Under the pieces are notes generated by a model. The model searched no databases, was not told the origin of the DNA, and worked only from the letters and a program-made list of their open reading frames with translations. The position numbers were made by a program, and so were the translations under genes. A DNA stretch of 64,000 nt from Gammaproteobacteria bacterium (GTDB lineage: Bacteria; Pseudomonadota; Gammaproteobacteria; GCA-002705445; GCA-002716945), in contig JAYQJW010000002.1 of NCBI GenBank assembly GCA_038142325.1, positions 766,575 through 830,574 of the forward strand, read 5' to 3'. Shown one piece after another: positions 56,897 to 64,000 of this stretch; position 1 is the stretch's first letter, and the number at the start of each line of letters is the position of its first letter.

Positions 56897-57483
56897 CTAT
56901 TTATTTAAAGTATTTATAAGTGAATCTATTCCTTTTTTTGAAACATGCTCTCTAAAATCCACTCTGTAGTTTTTCATTAAACTAATTCCATCAAAAATAA
57001 TATCGTAGACCTTCCAACCAGAATTGTTTTTTATAAGTCTGTAATGAACATCAATATCTCCACCGGGTATGAGATACTTTGACTTTACATAGGCGATGTT
57101 ATCTCTTTCACCTGGGACATAAGGTAAAAACTGGACCTTCTCTCCGTCAAAAGCTGTAATAGATTTCATATATGTACTTGTCATTCTATAGCGAAATGCA
57201 CTGATAAAATTTTCTTTTTGATTATCTGTTAAGTTAAGCCAAACTTTTTTTCCAAGAATTATTTTTGACATGAGTTCAATGTCTAATTTAGGCATCACTA
57301 CAGTGTTCATCTTATCTCTTAAAATTTTTCATCATTTTCAAATCTATCCTTATATTTCGATATTAAATCAGAAATTTCCGTGACTGAATCTTTCAAAAAA
57401 CCATCGGGGGTGTCTGATGTATGTGCCAAGCTAGAAATGCACAAAAACATTACTAAGATTGATATTTTTTTAATCACACTCAT
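56897..57483 (-). CDS. MlaC/Ttg2D-family periplasmic lipid-binding protein; frame broken once
   Basis: It has a signal peptide (MSVIKKISILVMFLCISSLAHT). The body matches the MlaC pattern (..LMSKIILGKKVWLNLTDNQKENFISAFRYRMTSTY..WKVYDIIFDGISLMKNYRVDF..KGIDSLINTL). The pieces join at A4T5 57321-57329, where one base is missing. The longer GTG start at 57516 is rejected. Confidence 0.8.
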
Positions 57484-57507
57484 AATTTTAGTATATAATC
57501 TGGTTAT

Positions 57508-58250
57508 ATGATGCACAAGGTTGTAAAAAAATTATCTTTATTGACATTATTAATAATTGGATCCATGTCTATTTCAAATATTGGATACTCATCTGATAAT
57601 GATCCTTTGGAGCCAATGAATAGAGCGATTTTCGGATTTAATGAAATTGTAGATGATAATATTCTAGAGCCTGTTGCGAAGGGTTATCGTTATGTGACGC
57701 CTGATCCTGTAGAGAGAAGTGTTAGCAACTTCTTCAATAACCTTTGAGAGATAAACACTATTATAAATAGTGCTCTTCAAATGAAAATAGATAAAACCAT
57801 TACGTCAAGCTCTAGACTGGCAATAAATTCAACCGTGTGTGTACTTGGGCTTTTTGATGTAGCTACATCACTTGGCATTCAACGTGAAAGAGAAGATTTT
57901 GGTCAAACTCTTGGTTTCTATGGTATATCTTCAGGCCCATATTTAGTACTTCCATTTTTTGGACCAAGTTCATTTAGAGATGCGCCTGGCTTCTATGCAG
58001 ATGTAATGATGGAAAAAGTATTTCACCAGTTTATACAGAGTTACACCACGAAGAAAGACAAGCAATACAGGCAACAAATGTCATAGATACAAGAGCTAAT
58101 TTGCTCAAAGCTACAAAAATTCTTGATACAGCGGCGAAAGATAAATACATATTCTTGAGAGAGTCATACCTTCAAAGAAGAGCGAAATTAGTTACTGATG
58201 GCAAAGACGTACAAGACTTCGAAATAGACGTTCTTGAGATTAATTACTAA
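57508..58250 (+). CDS. mlaA: MlaA/VacJ-family outer-membrane lipoprotein; one in-frame TGA and one frameshift
   Basis: It has DPLEPMNRAIFGFNE, NFFNNL[TGA 57745-57747]EINTIINSALQ, NSTVCVLGLFDVA and EDFGQTLGFYGISSGPYLVLPFFGPSSFRD. The tail ..VIDTRANLL..YIFLRESYLQRR.. lies in another frame, reached by adding one A to A5 58013-58017. The stop is at 58248-58250. Confidence 0.85.
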
Positions 58251-58283
58251 ACCTTCTAAATTAATAATCTATTTGGTTTAACT

Positions 58284-59217
58284 ATGATAGATGCCATTTT
58301 ATTTTTATCAATAGGACTTGTCTTCTTAATTTATGGAGCAAACCTTCTAATCACATCTACAGATGAATTTTCAAAAAAACTTTCAATTTCAGGTTTTATA
58401 GCAAGTTTTTTCTTAATTGGTATTGCTACATCTGCACCAGAAATTTTTATTTCTATTGAGTCTGCTCTACAAAATGAAACTATACTCGCTGTTGGGAACT
58501 CAATAGGCTCAAATATTTCTAACTTAGCATTAGTATTCTGTTTTGGCAGTATTGTTTATGAAAAAAAATCAAAAAACAATGTTTATTCCAAGTCTACCCT
58601 TTTTTACTATGATAATTTTAACAATAGTATGTTTTAGCGTTATCTATCCTGATAGCATCTTCGATAAAACGGATTCATATGTTTTGCTTGCATTATTCTT
58701 TTTCTCTTTATTATTATTTAATTCAAAAAATGAAATTCCATCAGAATCTAGTGAAAACTTGATAAAAGCTAATATTTCAAAAATACTTCTTTATGCAATC
58801 ATTGGAATTACGTTACTAATATATGGATCAAAATTTTTTATAGATGGCGCTACTAATATTGCCCTTATGTTTGGAGTAAGCGCATATGTAATAGGATTAA
58901 CTTTGACAGCACTTGGAACCAGCTTACCTGAATTAGTAACTACAGTACAATCCGCAAGAAAAGGAAAGAGTCAGTTTATAATTGGGAACATATTGGGTTC
59001 AAATATTTTTAACATAGGCGTTGCAATGAGCATTGCAGGACTCATCAATCCCGCAATAATTGATTCGAATGCATTTTTACGCGACATTTTGTTGCTTTTT
59101 TTATCTACACTATTATTTTATGTAATAACTAAATCAACAAAACATACTATAAAGGTTGTATACTCTATTTTGTTAATAACGATATATTGTATTTATATAT
59201 TGATGATACTTAAATAA
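58284..59217 (+). CDS. yrbG: CaCA-family Na+/Ca2+ exchanger-like membrane protein (YrbG type); frame broken once
   Basis: It has two alpha-repeat halves (GTSAPEIFISI.. and GTSLPELVTTV..GNILGSNIFNIG). The frames join in the A8/A6 runs at 58561-58576. It occupies the same position before kdsD as E. coli yrbG. Confidence 0.85.
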
Positions 59218-59219
59218 AA

Positions 59220-60178
59220 ATGAAAACTTCAAATAAGCAATTTGCTAGACAGATTCTTAATAAAGAAATAAGTGCTTTACGAAGAACCGCAAAACTCATA
59301 AATAATGATTTCGATGAAGCATGTCAAATTCTATCTAACATAAACGGAAAAGTAATCACTTTAGGAATGGGTAAGTCAAGCTTCGTTGCAATGAAAATGG
59401 CAGCAACCCTTAGTAGTACAGGTACCTCTGCGTTGTTTCTTCATCCAGCTGATGCTTTGCATGGTGATATTGGGGTCATCAAAAAATATGATACGGTAAT
59501 TATTTACTCTAATTCGGGAGAAACAGAAGAGATTATAAAGTTACTCCCATTATTGAAAATTCTAAAATGCTCCTTAATATCAATTACGGGTAATATAAAA
59601 TCAACTCTTGCTAAGCATTCCAAGGTTTTACTTGATGCATCTGTAGAAAAAGAAGCATGTCCAAATAACTTAGCGCCGACTTCAAGTATAGTGTGTGCTC
59701 TTGCTATATCAGATGCGCTTGCATTGACTGTAGCTGAAAAAAATAATTTTTCAGTTCAGGATTTTGCAAAAACACACCCAGAAGGTGCTTTAGGAAAAAG
59801 ATTATTAATTACAGTCTCAGATATCATGACTAAAAAAAACATCCCGCTGTTAAAAGTGACTGATAAATTTATCAACTTAATAAAAAAGACTACCAAATCA
59901 AATTTAGGTCTCGCTGTAGTAGTTGATAATAAAAATAATATTCAAGGCGTAATATCAGATGGTGATATTAAGAGGATAATGCAAAAGAACACGAAATTTA
60001 TGATTTAATTTTAAAAGATATTATGACTACTGATCCGTTATTGATTACTCCGGATAGTCTTGCTGCTGAAGCACTTAATATCATGGAAGAAAATAATATA
60101 GATGCAATACCAGTAATAGAAAAAAGAAAAATTCTTGGGATTGTAACCTTAAAAGATGTTATCAAATCAATAAATTGA
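59220..60178 (+). CDS. kdsD: arabinose-5-phosphate isomerase (SIS + CBS pair); frame broken once
   Basis: It has the SIS motif GMGKSSFVAMKMAATLSSTG. The second CBS domain (..DIMTTDPLLITPDSLAAEALNIMEENNIDAIPVIE..) is in another frame, reached by adding one A to A4 59983-59986. It ends in TGA at 60176-60178. Confidence 0.92.
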
Positions 60179-60179
60179 A

Positions 60180-60728
60180 ATGTTAGATAATAAAAAATAT
60201 ATTCCTTTTTACAAATCTTTGTATACAGAAGAATTAATACAAAAAGCTAGCCAGATAAATTTATTAGCATTTGACGTTGATGGGGTATTAACTGATGGCG
60301 GTTTATATTTTGATGCCAATGGTAATGAAGAGAAAAGATTTTTTGCTCAAGATGGTCATGGAATAAAAATTATTCAATCCATAGGCATAAAAACAATGAT
60401 TATTTCTGGAAGAGAAACAGGTTCAGTTCTCCATCGTGGTCAAGAATTAGGCATAGAATATATAATACAAGGTAGCAGGGATAAGCTTAAAAGTTTTAAT
60501 GAACAAAAATTATCAATACCTTATGAGGAAGTGTGTTTTGTTGGAGATGACACAGTTGATATTGAACTTTTGGAGAAAGTAGGATTATCTGTTATCGTTC
60601 CAAATGCCAATACCCTGCTTAAGTCGCTTAATTTTGATTGGACCACTAACAGGAGTGGTGGAAACGGAGCTATAAGAGATGTTTGTGATCTTATTTATTT
60701 TTCTAAAATCATAAATGAAAAAGCCTAA
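60180..60728 (+). CDS. kdsC: 3-deoxy-D-manno-octulosonate 8-phosphate phosphatase
   Basis: It has the HAD motif FDVDGVLTDG and the motifs ..ISGR..VGDD.. It is 182 aa. Confidence 0.92.
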   Translation: MLDNKKYIPFYKSLYTEELIQKASQINLLAFDVDGVLTDGGLYFDANGNEEKRFFAQDGHGIKIIQSIGIKTMIISGRETGSVLHRGQELGIEYIIQGSRDKLKSFNEQKLSIPYEEVCFVGDDTVDIELLEKVGLSVIVPNANTLLKSLNFDWTTNRSGGNGAIRDVCDLIYFSKIINEKA

Positions 60729-61383
60729 GCTACTACTTTTATTTTGTATAACAATCATATTTATAATGAGCAGCTTGTTTGCAAGTACTGTTGATAAAGA
60801 TACTAAAATTAAAAATAAAATATTTAACTTCTCTTCAGAAAAAATTGATGCAGTTATGTCTACTGAGTGGAAGCTAAGTGGACAATATCTCGAAAAATAT
60901 GAAAATAATTCCACTCTTATTAAGAATCCTAATTTAAAGTTATATAAGTCTAATTTTTCTACCGATATATTATCTGACACAGCTTTTGATCCAACAGGTG
61001 AAATGATTGAAATTTATCTCAAGAATAATGTTTACATAAATAGAACTGACTCATCGAATGTAAGCATTATTAAATTATATACATCTTATGCAATTTTTTA
61101 TTTATCAAAAGATTTAGTCGAAACTGACCGAGATGTTACTATAATTACATCTGATTCAATTACTACAGGAAATGGATTATCAGCTAACCTTGAAAGTGGC
61201 TTAATTTCGGTGCTTAGTAATGCTGAGAGGAAAATTAAAGACGGTGAAAACACAAGAATAATTAAAGGCAATCAGATGATTTATAACACTAAGACAAAAA
61301 AATGGATAGTGAAGAATCAGTCGGCATCAAAACTTAAAAATTCAATTATCAAGAAAGTAAAAACAACATTCAGCTTGGATTGA
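60715..61383 (+). CDS. lptC: LptC-like LPS export protein with LptA-like C-terminal extension; the only OstA-fold gene between kdsC and lptB
   Basis: It has an N-terminal TM anchor and an LptC-like body ending ..TGNGLSANLESGLISVLSNAERKI. The following ~45 aa (RIIKGNQMIYNTKTKKWIV..KKVKTTF) resemble the E. coli LptA tail (NIKGDKITYLVKEQKMQAF..KRVTTVL, from memory). There is no room for a separate lptA. Confidence 0.6.
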   Translation: MKKPKLLLLFCITIIFIMSSLFASTVDKDTKIKNKIFNFSSEKIDAVMSTEWKLSGQYLEKYENNSTLIKNPNLKLYKSNFSTDILSDTAFDPTGEMIEIYLKNNVYINRTDSSNVSIIKLYTSYAIFYLSKDLVETDRDVTIITSDSITTGNGLSANLESGLISVLSNAERKIKDGENTRIIKGNQMIYNTKTKKWIVKNQSASKLKNSIIKKVKTTFSLD

Positions 61384-61384
61384 T

Positions 61385-62110
61385 ATGTCAATATTGAAAT
61401 CAGATAACTTAAAAAAAGAATATGATAGTAAAACTGTCATACACGATATCTCTCTAGAGGTAAACTCAGGAGAAATAGTAGGGCTTCTTGGTCCAAATGG
61501 TGCTGGTAAAACCACAACATTCTACATGATTGTTGGATTGATTAAGGCTGATAATGGTAAAATTATCATAGATGATGAAGATATAACTCAAGAGCCAACC
61601 CACAATAGATTTAAACACGGTATAAGCTATCTCCCTCAAGAACCATCGATATTTCGTGATTTATCAGCCAAAGATAATATCCTCTCTATTCTAGAAATTA
61701 ATAATAAAATGAACTCAAATCAAAACGAAAAAACTTTAGAGTATTTAATTGAAAAATTTGACTTAAAAAAATTTCTTAACACAAAAGGTGTTCTTTTATC
61801 TGGTGGAGAGAGAAGAAGGGTTGAAATAGCCCGCGCAATAGCCTTGAAACCAAAATTCTTGCTGCTTGATGAACCATTTGCTGGTATAGATCCGTTATCA
61901 GTTATAGATATACAAGAAATTATTTCAGAACTAGCGCATGAGGATATAGGTATACTTATTACAGATCATAACGTCAGAGAAACTCTAAAGATTTGTGATA
62001 GATCATATGTGATAAATTCTGGAAAAGTCCTTGCTTCTGGCAAAGCAAAGGAGCTTGTTAAAAATGAAATTGTCAAAAAAGTATATCTAGGTGAATCATT
62101 TAAATTATGA
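61385..62110 (+). CDS. lptB: LPS export ABC transporter ATP-binding protein
   Basis: It has Walker A GPNGAGKTT, the signature LSGGERRRVEIARA and Walker B LLLDEPFAG. Confidence 0.95.
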   Translation: MSILKSDNLKKEYDSKTVIHDISLEVNSGEIVGLLGPNGAGKTTTFYMIVGLIKADNGKIIIDDEDITQEPTHNRFKHGISYLPQEPSIFRDLSAKDNILSILEINNKMNSNQNEKTLEYLIEKFDLKKFLNTKGVLLSGGERRRVEIARAIALKPKFLLLDEPFAGIDPLSVIDIQEIISELAHEDIGILITDHNVRETLKICDRSYVINSGKVLASGKAKELVKNEIVKKVYLGESFKL

Positions 62111-63447
62111 GTAAACTTTTTCAAACGGTTAAGATTAGTCAGACGAAGGTTTTGTCTCAACAAACAAGACAAGCTATCAAATTACTGCAGTTGAGTACAT
62201 ATGAACTAGACAAAGAAATAGATGAACTAATTCTTGAAAATCCACTTTTAGAAAAGAATGATGATATACAAACTGATTATGACATCGGCAGTGCAAGTAA
62301 CTCCGCTTTTTCTGATCCAGAGGATGTACTTAAATATTATAAAAAAAATGATAGTCTCAAAGAGTTTTTAAATCGACAAATTGAAATGTCGTCCTTATCA
62401 GATGATGAAAGACTAATTGCATCAATAATTATTGATTGTGTTAATGACAATGGTTACTTGACAGAAGATTTGAATGATATTTTTATTCAAGCAAATAGAA
62501 TTACTGAAGTAACCTTCCAAGAGATATTTTATGTTCTACATACTTTACAAAGATTTGAACCTGTTGGAACTTGTGCACTAGATTTGTATGATTCTCTGGC
62601 TATTCAACTTGATTATTTCTATAAAGACTCAAATTGTTATCATGAAGCAATGAGAATAATTAAGTCACTAAGTAAAATAGATTCATCTCATGATTTAAAA
62701 TTTGATCAGGAAATTTCCTCTATTTGTAAAAATGAGGATTTCAACGAAAAAGCTTTTGAGTTAGTAAAGAAGCTCAATCCGAAACCAGGTTTAATAATTT
62801 CTAAAAAACTTGATTCTTATCAGATACTGCCTGAAGTTGTTATATATAAGAGAGATGATAAATGGATTACTGAATTGACAAGTAATAAACCTCCATTAAA
62901 GCTAAATTCAGAATATGTTTCAATAATGAAAGAAAGCAAAATTAAAACAGATATTGATTATCTCAAAAAAAATTATAATGAAGCAAAATTCATAATCAAA
63001 TCTATTAAAAATAGAAATATTACTATTCTAAATGTTTGTAAGGAGATTTTTAAAAAACAATTAGATTTTCTTAATAACGGTGACATAGGAATAAAACCAA
63101 TGACTTTAAGAGATGTATCAGAAGCTCTAGGAATACATGAGTCCACGGTGTCACGAGCAACAAGTAATAAATATGTCCAAACTCCAAGAGGAGTTTTTGA
63201 AATGAAATATTTCTTTACCTCTGAACTCAGCACTAATACAGGTCAAATGGTTTCTTCCAAAGCAATAATGAAAATGATAAAAACATTTGTAGATAGTGAA
63301 ATTAAACAAAAGCCTCTCAGTGATAATCAAATTTCAGAACTATTCAAAAACAAGGGAATATCTGTAGCTAGAAGAACTATTACAAAATACAGAGAAAAAT
63401 TAAAAATACCAAGTTCTAATGAAAGAAAGAGAGTTGTTAATGATTAA
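62107..63447 (+). CDS. rpoN: RNA polymerase sigma-54 factor
   Basis: It has a Gln/Leu-rich N-terminus, an HTH (LRDVSEALGIHESTVSRAT) and the RpoN box ARRTITKYREKL. Confidence 0.94.
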   Translation: MSKLFQTVKISQTKVLSQQTRQAIKLLQLSTYELDKEIDELILENPLLEKNDDIQTDYDIGSASNSAFSDPEDVLKYYKKNDSLKEFLNRQIEMSSLSDDERLIASIIIDCVNDNGYLTEDLNDIFIQANRITEVTFQEIFYVLHTLQRFEPVGTCALDLYDSLAIQLDYFYKDSNCYHEAMRIIKSLSKIDSSHDLKFDQEISSICKNEDFNEKAFELVKKLNPKPGLIISKKLDSYQILPEVVIYKRDDKWITELTSNKPPLKLNSEYVSIMKESKIKTDIDYLKKNYNEAKFIIKSIKNRNITILNVCKEIFKKQLDFLNNGDIGIKPMTLRDVSEALGIHESTVSRATSNKYVQTPRGVFEMKYFFTSELSTNTGQMVSSKAIMKMIKTFVDSEIKQKPLSDNQISELFKNKGISVARRTITKYREKLKIPSSNERKRVVND

Positions 63448-63898
63448 GGTAAAATTAGATGACTCTCATGTAATTATTAATGACAATTCTAAAAGTAAAA
63501 AAATCATACTAGAGAAAGCTGCAGAAATATTTTATCAGTCCTCAGGTATACCAAAAGACGTAATCTTCCAAAAACTATATGAGAGGGAAAAACTTGGCTC
63601 TACATCTGTTGGTAAAGGAGTTGCCATCCCTCATGCAAGAATTGAAAATATTGATTATCCTTATCTATCGATAATACTCCTAAATGATGCAGTTGAATTT
63701 GATAATATCGATGATCTAAATGTTGATATAATTGTATCAATTATAGTGCCGAATAAAGATTTTGAAGAGCATTTGAAATTATTATCCTGTATAAGTGAAA
63801 AACTTGATAATCAAGAAACAAGAAAAGACTTGAGACATGCAAGAAATAGTAGAGATATTTTAACAATATTAGAGTCGAATAATTTAGAATTTATATAA
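63440..63898 (+). CDS. ptsN: PTS-Ntr EIIA (nitrogen regulatory protein PtsN)
   Basis: It has the EIIA-Fru/Ntr fold signature with the phospho-His (GKGVAIPHARI). I prefer the ATG at 63440 (MIKVKLDD), which overlaps the rpoN stop by 8 nt. The ORF track starts at 63419. Confidence 0.85.
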   Translation: MIKVKLDDSHVIINDNSKSKKIILEKAAEIFYQSSGIPKDVIFQKLYEREKLGSTSVGKGVAIPHARIENIDYPYLSIILLNDAVEFDNIDDLNVDIIVSIIVPNKDFEEHLKLLSCISEKLDNQETRKDLRHARNSRDILTILESNNLEFI

Positions 63899-63900
63899 TA

Positions 63901-64000
63901 TGAAAGTTGGTATATTAATAATTACACACAGCGATATTGGTAAACAGTTGCTTTTGACTGCTATATCAGTATTTGGGAAAAATCCATTTCAAGTCGAATT
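63901..64000 (+). CDS. PTS EIIA, mannose/fructose-type (N-terminal 33 codons only; continues beyond window)
   Basis: The translation MKVGILIITHSDIGKQLLLTAISVFGKNPFQVE matches the start of EIIA-Man-family proteins (active-site His in ..ITH..). The gene is truncated by the window edge. Confidence 0.45.

Noticed and set aside
57484-57516. Longer 5' starts: GTG at 57516 for the mlaC-like gene (which would overlap the mlaA start) and ATG at 63419 for ptsN.
   Set aside because: The ATG at 57483 yields a clean signal peptide (MSVIKKISILVMFLCISSLA). The ATG at 63440 gives the usual short overlap with the rpoN stop. The extra residues in the longer forms match nothing conserved.
22161-57747. Possibility that TGA is reassigned (code 4 Trp or code 25 Gly) or encodes selenocysteine, which would explain the in-frame TGAs in nuoL and mlaA.
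   Set aside because: guaA (TGA at 4841, after the universal ..IEWE end), nusA (15486) and kdsD (60176) terminate at conserved C-termini with TGA. The nuoL TGA aligns with Arg, not Trp, Gly or Cys. I saw no SECIS-like hairpin directly downstream.

Overview
This is a visibly AT-rich (about 30% G+C by eye, not computed), very gene-dense chromosomal segment from a streamlined Gram-negative bacterium. No tools were run: all homology calls come from reading the supplied translations against family motifs and E. coli sequences recalled from memory.

Gene order is gammaproteobacterial. Enterobacterial-type blocks include guaBA divergent from xseA; metY-rimP-nusA-infB-rbfA-truB-rpsO-pnp; leuU-secG-(tpiA)-glmM-folP-ftsH-rlmE; carAB; sspA next to petABC; and murA ... 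yrbG-kdsD-kdsC-lptC-lptB-rpoN-ptsN. A complete nuoA-N operon sits between metY and leuU. I count about 65 protein genes and 2 tRNAs. I saw no rRNA, CRISPR array, transposase, integrase or phage structural genes. Intergenic spacers are tiny, with many TAATG or ATGA stop/start overlaps. Most of the window is ordinary housekeeping.

Findings worth a second look:
1. The slot between murA and yrbG holds mlaFEDCB in E. coli. Here it holds an MMPL/RND exporter, a MlaC-like periplasmic protein and MlaA. This may be a PMF-driven Mla-type lipid shuttle.
2. A lexA-dinB operon is followed on the same strand by a MerR-family protein with a CarH/LitR-like cobalamin-binding domain.
3. The lexA promoter carries GTTC-N7-GTTC tandem 11-mers (alphaproteobacterial-type LexA box) rather than a CTGT-N8-ACAG box. 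The MerR gene's 5' region carries 11-bp-phased TGTCTA repeats.
4. A RecB/Cas4-like PD-(D/E)XK nuclease is inserted between ftsH and folP.
5. A single LptC-like ORF with an LptA-like tail sits where lptC and lptA normally lie.
6. The DksA lacks three of the four zinc-finger cysteines.

Major caveat: at least 15 reading-frame breaks, mostly in A/T homopolymers and in both directions, plus 2 in-frame TGA codons, interrupt 14 otherwise intact genes, several of them essential. This most likely reflects sequence or assembly errors. I therefore annotate merged gene spans and flag each break.
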